The position numbers were made by a program, and so were the translations under genes. A DNA stretch of 64,000 nucleotides from Candidatus Bathyarchaeota archaeon (GTDB taxonomy: Archaea; Thermoproteota; CALKCG01; B24): positions 862 to 64,861 of the forward strand of contig JAGHAZ010000056.1 of assembly GCA_021161255.1 (NCBI GenBank). The letters are read 5' to 3'. Below are positions 50,750 to 60,104 of the stretch, piece by piece. The notes beneath the pieces are model-generated. The model was not told where the DNA came from and did not search any database. It saw only the letters and a program-made list of their open reading frames with translations. Position 1 is the stretch's first letter; each line of letters begins with the position of its first letter.

Positions 50750-52636
50750 TCATCCACAGGATTTCTGAAACGTATTCACGGCATCGTTTAACGCTCCGAT
50801 TATCGATGGAAGGTTTTCCTTGATAAAGTAGACTGCTATGGGGCATTTCTCCAGGCATACCCCGCATCTGGTACATAACTCTTGGTCTACATAAACCGTT
50901 TCTCCATCCCACCTAACGGCGTCTTTAACACACCAAAATACACAGGAGAGACATCCGGTGCATAAGATTGCCCTGGCTACGGTTCCTAAGACTTTATACA
51001 ACAGCTTAAACCCTGGATAAGTGAGGTTTTCGACTGTTATCAACCCATCCCAGCGTATTATGACCCGTGCATCTCCGTCTCGGTGTTCAATCATCCCATT
51101 GCCCACCTCGTTTACACCGCCGATCGTCGGAGCTAGTTTGAGAACTCTCTCTATGTCTATATGCTTGTTCAACCTAAGTCTCATAGAGACCTTTCCATCG
51201 TCCACCTGAGCGTCTTCTACATAAGCCTTCAAAGCCATCCTCTTATCAGCCTCAGCCTTTGCACCCACGACTCTTTCGACCCTCTTAGGCGTCCTACGCC
51301 ACCTCCAAAGAGCCAGCTTCACGTAGTCTTCGCTGTATCCCATTCCACTAGCCCATCTCCTAAGCCAGCTTTCCCAACGGCTCCAAAGCTCAGGGTGAAG
51401 ACGCTTTACCTCTTGGAACTCGGCTAGGTTACAGTATGGACATGTATAGCACCCTATCCTATCGAATCCTTCGAAGTATAGAGGATTAACCAGAGCTTCG
51501 AGCTTCTCCATCCACAGATACAGCCACACATGGAGCATACTCCAACTACCTATAGGAGTCATATTCATGCTACCGGTTATCCAGTAGTTCTCCCACACAT
51601 TCCCCCTCTTCCTCCTAGCCCTCGACTCGGCGGCTCTCTGCCCCACGACGGTTAGAACCCTACCGCTGAGGAAATTCTTGTACAACCTGAGCGTAGGTAT
51701 AAGCTTGCAGGTTTTGCAACACCATCTATAACCCCTCGCAGGTGGACCATAAGACTCCAACCCCTTCCAGAAAGCCTCGCCTGCTTGAGCTTCCAAAACC
51801 TCTATCCCGAGCTTTGATGAAACCTTCTGAACGTTCGAAACGGTTTCAGGAAGCTCTATCCCGGTGTCTGTGAACAAGAGCATCGGCTCTAAACCGGCTT
51901 TGAGGGTCAAGCTTAAGACGGCTAAGCTATCCTTTCCTCCCGAGTATGAGACGACCAGTTCTCCTCCGAATCTACTGTAGATCCTATATACGGTTTTAGC
52001 GGCTCTCGAAGCCTCAGCCCGTATAGCGTTCTCGTTAGCTCTCAAAACGTCATCTATAGACGCGCCTCTCCTCACGGGTTCGACCTTAGATATGGGCTTC
52101 CAGACGTTCAATACCTTCAAACCATCCCTTGTCTGCTCCGCGATCCCTAAGGCCTCCCCGTAACTATCCGTTAACGCGACATATCCACGGTCGACTTTCT
52201 TCAACCGTAGAACCTGGCCTTTAACAGGCTTCTGGTCGACCTTCACGCTTTCTATCATTCCATCCTCCAAAAGCCTCATACATCCCATCCTTAGGGGTTT
52301 AAATCGCCATTCGAGTAGAAGCATATCGTAGAATAAGTGACCGAGTAATAGACCGTCTCCGACTACCTCATACCCGGCGTCCGCGTAAGGAACCCTGTTG
52401 AGGAGTATAATTCCGTCGCCTATAACCCGCTTAAACGCCTGGGCTCCAAACTCTTTTTCGACAGCATCCCTAAGGGTTTCTATATCGGCCTCTAAGGCCG
52501 GTCTAGGGTCCTGAGGCCTAAATAGCTTAACCTCTGCCCCTTCACGTCCACATGTACCGCATCTCTCCTCTATAAGAGGAACGTTGCAGGTCAAGCACCA
52601 GTAGACCAATGCCTCAACCTGAAACCGGCTAGACAT
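50750..52636 (-). CDS. PAPS-reductase-family protein with N-terminal Zn finger and C-terminal 4Fe-4S dicluster
   Basis: WCLTCNVPL..CGTCG, SYSGGKDS, RWCCKTCK, RIGCYTCP, CTGCLSC/CTRCGVC. Confidence 0.88.
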   Translation of the reverse strand: MSSRFQVEALVYWCLTCNVPLIEERCGTCGREGAEVKLFRPQDPRPALEADIETLRDAVEKEFGAQAFKRVIGDGIILLNRVPYADAGYEVVGDGLLLGHLFYDMLLLEWRFKPLRMGCMRLLEDGMIESVKVDQKPVKGQVLRLKKVDRGYVALTDSYGEALGIAEQTRDGLKVLNVWKPISKVEPVRRGASIDDVLRANENAIRAEASRAAKTVYRIYSRFGGELVVSYSGGKDSLAVLSLTLKAGLEPMLLFTDTGIELPETVSNVQKVSSKLGIEVLEAQAGEAFWKGLESYGPPARGYRWCCKTCKLIPTLRLYKNFLSGRVLTVVGQRAAESRARRKRGNVWENYWITGSMNMTPIGSWSMLHVWLYLWMEKLEALVNPLYFEGFDRIGCYTCPYCNLAEFQEVKRLHPELWSRWESWLRRWASGMGYSEDYVKLALWRWRRTPKRVERVVGAKAEADKRMALKAYVEDAQVDDGKVSMRLRLNKHIDIERVLKLAPTIGGVNEVGNGMIEHRDGDARVIIRWDGLITVENLTYPGFKLLYKVLGTVARAILCTGCLSCVFWCVKDAVRWDGETVYVDQELCTRCGVCLEKCPIAVYFIKENLPSIIGALNDAVNTFQKSCG

Positions 52637-52784
52637 CGATTTAAGGTTTCATCCGGGATATTCGACTTGACAAGGGAGTATAGGCCCAACGTTCTCATAA
52701 CGCATTGGAGAGGGAGTACAAGTACGCCAAACCTTGATATGTCTCTGGTCAGAGGAGGATCAGGGTTCGATGGCTTCCGGAGGG

Positions 52785-53945
52785 CTAGTAGAGGAAATAC
52801 TTTCTCCTGAGTTTCTCGAAGGAACTTATGTCCTCGCATAGCTTTGCCAGCTCTTCAAATCCTCGGTTCTCCATTATCAACCTACGAGGCTTATCTGAGC
52901 CCACGAGGAGGTCGAAGTAGTACCTGCCGTCGCTCTTCGTAAACCGGAAGCTCTCGGCGAAAAGACGTCTGATAACCCAGATAACCGCCATACCAAACTT
53001 AACAGGCTTAAACTCATCTCTGTCGGTGACGTATATCTGAAACCCATGGCAAAGCTCACCTTCATACTTACCAAACCTAGGGGTAAACGCTGAAGGACGT
53101 AGCCTGAAGCCTCTAAGGGGGAGGGATTCAAGCTCCTCGATAACCCTATATTCGTCGACCCAGGGTGCGCCTACGACCTCGAAGGGTTTGGCGGTGCCCC
53201 TACCCTCAGAGACGTTGGTTCCCTCGAGGAGGCAGGTGCCTGGGTAGACCGTGGCCGTGCTCAGGGATGGCATGTTCGGCGAGGGGGGAACCCAGGGTAG
53301 ACCCGTCTCGTCGAACCACATTCCACGTCTCCAGCCATTCATCTTCAAGACCTCGACGCAGGCTCTAAGCTCAGCCTCCTCGTTGAACAGGTTCGCAAGC
53401 TCTCCAGCGGTTAAGCCGTACCTGACCGGGACCGTCCATATGCCTACGAAAGACCTGAAGCTCGGCTCCAGCATAGGTCCTTCAACGTGAACGCCGGTGA
53501 CCGGGTTCGGTCTATCCAAGACGAGGACCCTAACACCTACCTTCCCCGCCGATTTCAGGACGTGGAAGAGGGTCGAAATATAGGTGTAGAACCTAACCCC
53601 TACGTCCTGTATATCGTAGATGATGAGGTCGAGCTTCTCCAAGACCTTCCTCGGCGGCTCGAGGCGGGGGCCGTAGAGGCTGTAGATGGGAATTCCGGTT
53701 TTCACGTCGACGGAGTTCTTCACGGAAGCCCCGTCTGCTACGCTCCCCCTGAACCCATGCTCTGGGCTGAAGATCGCTTTGACGTCTAGTCCGAAGCGCT
53801 TGTAGAGGAGGTCGACTACGTGCCTGAAATCCGCCGTGACACCGGTGTGGTTCGTGACGACCCCTATACGCTTACCGGCTACGCGTTGGAACCCCTCTTC
53901 TACCAGAAGCTGAAGCCCGGTTTTAACCCTGGGTTTGAAAACCAC
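52785..53945 (-). CDS. namZ: Exo-beta-N-acetylmuramidase NamZ (DUF1343/YbbC)
   Basis: TNHTG, FSPEHGFRG, SLYG, DIQDVGVRFYTYI, LDRPNP, WVPPSPNMP, EGTNVSEGRGT; no signal peptide. Confidence 0.9.
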   Translation of the reverse strand: MVFKPRVKTGLQLLVEEGFQRVAGKRIGVVTNHTGVTADFRHVVDLLYKRFGLDVKAIFSPEHGFRGSVADGASVKNSVDVKTGIPIYSLYGPRLEPPRKVLEKLDLIIYDIQDVGVRFYTYISTLFHVLKSAGKVGVRVLVLDRPNPVTGVHVEGPMLEPSFRSFVGIWTVPVRYGLTAGELANLFNEEAELRACVEVLKMNGWRRGMWFDETGLPWVPPSPNMPSLSTATVYPGTCLLEGTNVSEGRGTAKPFEVVGAPWVDEYRVIEELESLPLRGFRLRPSAFTPRFGKYEGELCHGFQIYVTDRDEFKPVKFGMAVIWVIRRLFAESFRFTKSDGRYYFDLLVGSDKPRRLIMENRGFEELAKLCEDISSFEKLRRKYFLY

Positions 53946-53985
53946 GAAGAAATATTAGCTGGAACACCCTTTATGATTTTAGTTA

Positions 53986-54972
53986 ATGACCGAGGAGTAC
54001 TTCTGCGGAGTCGACGGTGGCGGGAGTAAAACCCTATGCGTCTTAGCGGATGGAGATGGACGTGTGCTGGGTTTAGGTAGGTCGGGCTCGTCTAACATAT
54101 CCGTAGTCGGTGTAGACGCTGCATGTAGAAACATCAAAGAGGCCTTTGAAAAAGCAACGGCAAGCTCCGTCGGGAAAGTCGACTATATGGCTTTGGCCAT
54201 CGCTGGGATGGGTAGTAGGCTTAGAAGAGACATATTGAAGCGGGAGGTCGAGGCTATGGGTCTATCGAGAGCCGTTTTTATAGAAAGCGACGCAGCCGCC
54301 GCCTTGATGGCCACCACCCTAGGTAAACCGGGTGTCGTAGTCGTCTCAGGCACCGGTTCCATAGTTTTGGCGCTGGATTCTGAGGGCCGCTTTCATAGGG
54401 CGCTTGGGTGGGGATACCTGCTAGACGACGAGGGAAGCGGCTTCTACATCGGCAGAGAAGCCTTGAGGCGGGCTCTCTCAGCCTATGACGGAAGGGGAAC
54501 GGCTACCGTTTTAACGGAGCAGATACCTAGGTATTTCGGCGTAGGCTCTCTAGCAGACGTAGTCGACCTCGTCTCGCTTAGGAGGATCGGTGTGAGGGAG
54601 ATAGCGGATTTAGCGCCCTTGGTCGTTAAACTCGCGAAGGCCGGGGATAGGGTGGCTTGCGACATACTGCGGCAAGCGTGTCTTGAGCTCTTAAACGCCA
54701 CCTTAGCGGTTATCGATAAGGCTGGTTTAAAAGACGGAGCCTCTATCGGTGTGTGCGGAGGGGTCTTCGAGAACTGCGTCGAGTTCGTCGAAGAATTCTC
54801 ATCCTTCTTAAGGGAGAAAGCTCCGTCGGCTAGGGTCGTTAGACCCTTGTTTAAACCCGTCGTAGGGGCGCTGCTTATGGCTTATAGATATGCCGGAAAG
54901 GAGCTGGATGACGGGTTGATGAGAAACCTCTTGGAGACGTCTTCTAGGTTTGGTTTGAGGTGGCGGTTATGA
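53986..54972 (+). CDS. BadF/BadG-type N-acetylglucosamine/N-acetylmuramate kinase (MurK-like)
   Basis: GVDGGGSKT, SDA, SGTGS, GWGYLLDDEGSG; ATGA overlap with murQ. Confidence 0.85.
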   Translation: MTEEYFCGVDGGGSKTLCVLADGDGRVLGLGRSGSSNISVVGVDAACRNIKEAFEKATASSVGKVDYMALAIAGMGSRLRRDILKREVEAMGLSRAVFIESDAAAALMATTLGKPGVVVVSGTGSIVLALDSEGRFHRALGWGYLLDDEGSGFYIGREALRRALSAYDGRGTATVLTEQIPRYFGVGSLADVVDLVSLRRIGVREIADLAPLVVKLAKAGDRVACDILRQACLELLNATLAVIDKAGLKDGASIGVCGGVFENCVEFVEEFSSFLREKAPSARVVRPLFKPVVGALLMAYRYAGKELDDGLMRNLLETSSRFGLRWRL

Positions 54973-55913
54973 ATAGAATCGAGGACTTGGAGAAGCTCAT
55001 ATCCGAGCAGAGGAACGTGAAAACCGTAGACATAGATAGGCTTAGCATGGAGGAGATACTCAGGGTTATAAACGAGGAGGATAAGAAGGTCGCCTACGCG
55101 GTCGAGAGGGAGATACCGAACATAGCTAAGGCCGCTCACGCCTACCTACGCAGTCTTAAAAACGGGGGTAGGGTCTTCTACGTAGGAGCCGGGACGAGCG
55201 GCCGGATGGGTGTGATAGATAGGGCCGAGCTCATATCGACGTTCAAGATGGACCCAAAGGCCATTATACCGATACTCGCCGGCGGGGTTAAAGCCATGTA
55301 TGGCCCCTCTGAGATGGCTGAGGATAAGGAGGAGAACGGTAGGAGAGTTATCTCGAAGTATAGGGTCGATGAGAGGGATTCTGTGATCGGGATATCGGCT
55401 AGCGGACGTACACCCTACGTCGTGGGGGCTTTGAAAGAGGCTAAGCGCAGGGGAGCCACTACGATAGCTATCACAGTAAACCCAGACGCCGAGATATCCC
55501 GCTACGCGGACATAGTCATCTGCCCGCTCGTAGGTCCTGAGGTCATAGCAGGGTCTACCCGCATGAAGGCGGGTACGGCTCAGAAGATGATACTGACCAT
55601 GCTCAGCACAGCCGTCATGGTCAAGCTCGGGAGGGTCTACAGCAACCTTATGGTGAGCCTTCTTCCGATAAGCTCGAAGCTACGTGAAAGGGCGAGGCGT
55701 ATAGTGATGACCGAGGCCGGTGTCGACTACGAAACAGCCGCTAAGACCCTGGAAGAGACGGGATACGATATTAAGGCCGCGATAATCATGCTTAAGGCCA
55801 AGGTCGACTACGGGAAAGCCCTAAAGGCCCTTAGAGAGGCGGAGGGAAACCTAGAGAAGGCTTTAAACCTAGCCCTAAACAGCTCCTCGTCCTCTAAGCC
55901 TAGGCGGGGCTAG
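54969..55913 (+). CDS. murQ: N-acetylmuramic acid 6-phosphate etherase
   Basis: SEQRN, INEED, GAGTSGR..D..E, EMAED, SASGRTPYV, GPEVIAGSTRMKAGTAQK, NLMV. Confidence 0.93.
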   Translation: MNRIEDLEKLISEQRNVKTVDIDRLSMEEILRVINEEDKKVAYAVEREIPNIAKAAHAYLRSLKNGGRVFYVGAGTSGRMGVIDRAELISTFKMDPKAIIPILAGGVKAMYGPSEMAEDKEENGRRVISKYRVDERDSVIGISASGRTPYVVGALKEAKRRGATTIAITVNPDAEISRYADIVICPLVGPEVIAGSTRMKAGTAQKMILTMLSTAVMVKLGRVYSNLMVSLLPISSKLRERARRIVMTEAGVDYETAAKTLEETGYDIKAAIIMLKAKVDYGKALKALREAEGNLEKALNLALNSSSSSKPRRG

Positions 55914-55978
55914 GAAGGCCTTTGTGGAATACGCTCGGCTCTTGGAAAGGGTTTAAACCCTAGCTTAGGTATATTGCC

Positions 55979-57262
55979 ATGGGTCAGGCGTCTATGCGGG
56001 TTAAGATGTCTGGGTTCAAGGGGCTTATGAAGGTGGAAGATGCCCTAGCTAGGCTTCTTGAAGCCATCAGGGGTTATAGGCTCGACGTCGAGGAGGTTCC
56101 CGTGGAGGAGGAGGCTGTCGGTAGGGTTTGCGCCGAGGATTTGAAGGCGCCGGTGGACGTGCCTCCGTTCGACAGGTCCGCGGTAGACGGGTACGCCGTC
56201 AGATACCTCGACGTCTTAAGCGCGTCTGAGAGCAGCCCGGTCGAGCTTAGGATAGTAGGCGTCTCCAAGACCGGGTCGAGACCGGATACGCTACCTGAGG
56301 TTAAGCCGGGAGAAGCCGTCGAAATATATACGGGAGCCCCCTTGCCTAGGGGTGCAGACTCGGTCGTGATGGTCGAGTACACGAAGAGGGAGGAGGATAG
56401 GCTATGGGTCTACAGGCCCGTGGCCTACATGCAGAACGTCTCCAAGAGAGGTGAAGACTTCTCGGCCGGAGAACCGGTCGTCTCCGTAGGGGTTAAGCTT
56501 AAGCCCTGGCACGTCGGGGCTTTGGCGTCCCTAGGTGTAACGTCCGTGAAGGTCTACCGTAGGCCTACCGTCGCCGTAGCCTCGACCGGCTCCGAGCTTA
56601 AGCCCCTAGGCTCCAAGATATCCCCAGGTGAGGTCGTAGACTCGACCAGGCCGATGATCAAGGCGTTTTTGAGGAACCTAGGCTGCGACGTGTTGGACCT
56701 AGGGATACTCGAGGACGACCCGGCGGTCATCTCGGAAGCCGTTTCGAAGGGCTTGAAAACCTCAGACCTCATGGTTCTCACAGGCGGAACGAGCCTAGGT
56801 TTGAAAGACGCTACACCGGATGGCTTAAGCATGGTCGAGGGTTCTAGACTGATCTTCCACGGCGTCCGTATGAGACCTGGGAAGCCCACGGGAGCCTACC
56901 TGGTAAACGGTAAACCGGTGTTCATGCTCTCAGGTTTCCCAGTCGCCGCTTTCGTAGGGTTCATGGTCTTCGTGGAGCCGGCTATACGTGGTATGATGAA
57001 GTGTAGACCAGACCCGCAGCCCGTAGTGAAGGCTCAGGTCGCGAGGAGAGTGGCTAAGCCTCCCGGCGTCAGAGCCTACGTCAGGGTGAGGGTCTACTCG
57101 AGAGACGGTGTTCTATACGCCGAGCCGCTTAGGCTCACGGGTTCGGGGATAATCTCGACCCTGACGAGGGGGAACGGCTTATTGATCCTCAGAGAGGAGG
57201 CTGAAGGGGTCGAGGAGGGGGAGGAGGTCGAGGTTCTACTCACCCAGCCGGTGGAGGTGTAG
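55979..57262 (+). CDS. moeA: Molybdopterin molybdotransferase MoeA
   Basis: PPFDRSAVDGYA, TGAPLPRGAD, STGSE, RPGKP. Confidence 0.93.
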   Translation: MGQASMRVKMSGFKGLMKVEDALARLLEAIRGYRLDVEEVPVEEEAVGRVCAEDLKAPVDVPPFDRSAVDGYAVRYLDVLSASESSPVELRIVGVSKTGSRPDTLPEVKPGEAVEIYTGAPLPRGADSVVMVEYTKREEDRLWVYRPVAYMQNVSKRGEDFSAGEPVVSVGVKLKPWHVGALASLGVTSVKVYRRPTVAVASTGSELKPLGSKISPGEVVDSTRPMIKAFLRNLGCDVLDLGILEDDPAVISEAVSKGLKTSDLMVLTGGTSLGLKDATPDGLSMVEGSRLIFHGVRMRPGKPTGAYLVNGKPVFMLSGFPVAAFVGFMVFVEPAIRGMMKCRPDPQPVVKAQVARRVAKPPGVRAYVRVRVYSRDGVLYAEPLRLTGSGIISTLTRGNGLLILREEAEGVEEGEEVEVLLTQPVEV

Positions 57263-57268
57263 AGGCGG

Positions 57269-59254
57269 ATGGCTAAGGTCTTCCATAGGCTCATGAAGGT
57301 CGAGGAGGCGATAGAGCTCGTCAAAAAGCACCTTAAACCCCTAGAGTTAGATGTCGAATACGTGTCTCTCACCGACGCTCTAGGGAGGGTGTTGGCCGAG
57401 TCTATAACCGCGCCGATAGACTCTCCGCCTTTCGACAGGTCTAGGGTCGACGGGTACGCCGTCTACAGCGGAAGCCTCGCAGACGTCGATGAGGAGCATC
57501 CCGCGAGGCTTAAGCTGGTAGGTGTGGTCGAGACGGGGGAGTTGCCGAGGCTTGAGGTTAAGCCTGGGGAGGCTGCGGAGATACGTACTGGAGCCCCCTT
57601 GCCTAGGGGTGCAGACTCGGTCGTGATGGTCGAGTACACGAGAAGCCTTGACGGCGAGGTTCTAGTCTACAGGCCGACCTACCCGGGTGAGAACATATCC
57701 CAGGCCGGTACCGACGTAATGGTCGGGGAAGTCGTACTCAGGAGGAACACGGTTCTAACCCCTAGGGAGATAGGTGTGTTAGCGGCTTTAGGCTTGGATA
57801 AGGTGCCGGTTTACAGACGACTTAGGGTCGCCGTCGTCTCGACCGGTGTCGAGGTTCAGCCCCCGGGTAAGCCTCTAGAGCCGGGTAAGATATACGACGT
57901 CAACAGCTACACGATCTCCTGTATGGCTAGGGAGCTCGGATGCGAGCCCCGTATACTCGGAACATACCCAGACGACTTCGAGCTTCTCAGGAAGGTCATC
58001 GGCGAGGCGGTCGAGGAATACGACGTCGTCCTATCCTCCGGAAGCACGTCGGCCGGCTTCGGAGACATAATCTACAGGGTTTTCGACAGCCTAGGCGAGC
58101 CGGGGGTGTTGGTTCACGGTCTCCTCATGAGACCTGGAAAACCCACGGTCGCGGCGGTCGTCGGAGGTAAGCTTCTGGTGGGGCTTCCAGGGTTCCCGGT
58201 CTCGGCGATGATGGCCTTCCACGTGTTCGTCAAACCCCTCATATCGCATCTTACAGGCGTCCCGGTCGAGGAGGAGGCGAGGGTCTTAGCCGAGCTGCCG
58301 CTCAGGGTTCAGGCCGGCGGCGGTAGGAGGGTTCTGATACCGGTGAGCCTCGTATCGAACCCCTCTGGAGGTTTATCGGCCTACCCCATCTCAGGGGATT
58401 CAGGCGCCATCTCTAGACTCGCCCTTGCAGACGGGTTTATAGAATGCCCAGAGGACAGGGAGTTTCTGGACGAGGGTGAGAGGGTTTACGTGACGTTGTT
58501 CTCCAAGGCCGTTGAACCGGCGGACCTAGCTGTGATCGGAAGCCACTGCCCGGGCTTAGACCTCCTCCTAGAGCTTCTCGGGAGAACTCTGAGGGTTAAG
58601 ACTGTTAACGTCGGCTCTCTAGGAGGATTTCTAGCCGTCAGGAGGGGGGAGGCCGACGTGGCGGGTACGCACCTGCTAGACCCGGAGACTATGCGGTATA
58701 ATATTCCTTTTATATCTAAATATGGGCTAGAGGGGCGGGTTGTCCTGGTCAGGGGATACGCTAGGATGCAGGGCTTCATCGTCAGGAAGGGGAACCCTAA
58801 GCGCATCAGGGGGTTCGAGGACCTGTTCAGGGAGGACGTGATCATGGTTAACCGTAACAGGGGCTCCGGGACCAGAGTCTTGATCGACCTGGGGTTGAGG
58901 AAGGCGGCTGAGAGGATTGGGCTAGACTTCGACGACGCTGTTAAAAGGATCAGGGGGTACGGTTTGGAGGCTAGGACCCACTCGGCGGTCGCGGCGGCCG
59001 TGGCCCAGGGTAGGTGCGACGTAGGCGTGGGCGTGGAGGCTATCGCCCACATATACGGGCTGGACTTCATACCGATAGCCGAGGAGGTATACGACTTCCT
59101 GATACCGAGGGATAGGCTCAGTAAACCTTCCGTCAAACTATTCATCAAGGCCTTGAGGTCTGAGGGGTTTAAGCAGATGCTTAGGGATAGGCTTAAGGGG
59201 TATAGGGCTCTCGAAGAGACAGGAGCCGTCATATATGGCGGGAGTAACCTTTAA
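57269..59254 (+). CDS. moeA: MoeA fused to a periplasmic-binding-protein-like domain
   Basis: MoeA motifs followed by GSHC, VGSLGG, NRNRGSGTR, HSAVAAAV. Confidence 0.92.
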   Translation: MAKVFHRLMKVEEAIELVKKHLKPLELDVEYVSLTDALGRVLAESITAPIDSPPFDRSRVDGYAVYSGSLADVDEEHPARLKLVGVVETGELPRLEVKPGEAAEIRTGAPLPRGADSVVMVEYTRSLDGEVLVYRPTYPGENISQAGTDVMVGEVVLRRNTVLTPREIGVLAALGLDKVPVYRRLRVAVVSTGVEVQPPGKPLEPGKIYDVNSYTISCMARELGCEPRILGTYPDDFELLRKVIGEAVEEYDVVLSSGSTSAGFGDIIYRVFDSLGEPGVLVHGLLMRPGKPTVAAVVGGKLLVGLPGFPVSAMMAFHVFVKPLISHLTGVPVEEEARVLAELPLRVQAGGGRRVLIPVSLVSNPSGGLSAYPISGDSGAISRLALADGFIECPEDREFLDEGERVYVTLFSKAVEPADLAVIGSHCPGLDLLLELLGRTLRVKTVNVGSLGGFLAVRRGEADVAGTHLLDPETMRYNIPFISKYGLEGRVVLVRGYARMQGFIVRKGNPKRIRGFEDLFREDVIMVNRNRGSGTRVLIDLGLRKAAERIGLDFDDAVKRIRGYGLEARTHSAVAAAVAQGRCDVGVGVEAIAHIYGLDFIPIAEEVYDFLIPRDRLSKPSVKLFIKALRSEGFKQMLRDRLKGYRALEETGAVIYGGSNL

Positions 59255-59279
59255 CTGGTTTCTCGCCACGCTTCTTTAT

Positions 59280-59479
59280 GTGTGCCTGCTTAAAGCTTAC
59301 CTGGAAGAGGGTGGGGTTAGAAAGCTGGTGGCTGTGGACGTGGCCTTTATACAGTCTGAAGAGGGGGTTTAAGGCTTAAATCGGTCGAGCAGGGTGGAGA
59401 GGTTTTCTTGGAAAACGTCGAACTCCTCATGCTAGACGCCTTGAACTCGGTCGTCATACTGAAACCTAAACGTAGCTAA
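59280..59479 (+). pseudogene. CooT-family small nickel-binding protein, frameshifted at a G5 run
   Basis: GTG-start MCLLKAYLEEGGVRKLVAVDVAFIQSEE; adding one G at 59363-59367 continues GGLRLKSVE...LDALNSVVILKPKRS*. Confidence 0.6.
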
Positions 59480-59526
59480 AATAATTTAGAGGCTTGACGG
59501 CTTAGACCCCCCTTATCCTATTTGGC

Positions 59527-59769
59527 TTAAAGGGTCTCCTCTATAGCCTTGTAGAAAACACGTCTAACGTAGGGAGGTAGCTTCTCAGGTATAATCTCGA
59601 ACTCGTCCAGTATGGATTGAAGCTTCTTGTAGTCTTCGCTCAGAGACCACACATACTCCTCAAAACCGCAGAGGGGGCAGTAATACCATAGTCCGCCTTC
59701 TCTCAATTCAAGCCTTAGGGAGCCCTCCACACCACACTCGTTACACCTTTTGGCGCCTAAAACAAGCAT
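59527..59769 (-). CDS. Small Zn-ribbon hypothetical protein
   Basis: CNECG...YCPLCG. Confidence 0.65.
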   Translation of the reverse strand: MLVLGAKRCNECGVEGSLRLELREGGLWYYCPLCGFEEYVWSLSEDYKKLQSILDEFEIIPEKLPPYVRRVFYKAIEETL

Positions 59770-59845
59770 ACCAGTAGTATGGTTGCTTCCCGAGTTTTTA
59801 AGGTTAACCGTTTAAACCTGCTCGATGGAGCGTTTTAGCGTAAAC

Positions 59846-59874
59846 TTTATAGTGTATACAGAAATTTGTATACA
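59846..59874 (+). promoter_or_regulatory. TATA box plus double palindromic operator of the vapBC pair
   Basis: TTTATA then TGTATACA-N6-TGTATACA ending on the start codon. Confidence 0.7.
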
Positions 59875-60104
59875 TGATGTCCGCCGTCGTGAGCGTTAGG
59901 GTCAAGAGGGAGTTGAAGGAGGAGGCTGAGAGGCTGGGGATAGACCTACGTAGGCTTGTGGAGAAGACGCTTGAGGAGGAGGTCGAGCGTAGGAAGAGGG
60001 CTAGGTTTGAGGAGGCTATCGATACGATAGTCCAAGGGATGAACGCGGTATCCGAGGAGGAGTTCGTAAGGGTGGTGAAGGAGTGGAGGAGAAAGAGGAT
60101 GTAA
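59874..60104 (+). CDS. vapB: RHH antitoxin (VapB/CcdA-like)
   Basis: VVSVRVKRELKEEAERLGID; overlaps the PIN toxin gene. Confidence 0.85.
   Translation: MMSAVVSVRVKRELKEEAERLGIDLRRLVEKTLEEEVERRKRARFEEAIDTIVQGMNAVSEEEFVRVVKEWRRKRM

Noticed and set aside
52640-52784. Intergenic stretch with a repeated AGGGAGTA and a weak hairpin
   Set aside because: No recognisable RNA boxes or coding signal; the repeats are too short to be significant
58486-59232. Long antisense ORFs (also 47065-47613, 35987-36463, 61184-62269)
   Set aside because: Shadows of well-supported genes on the opposite strand, with no family motifs
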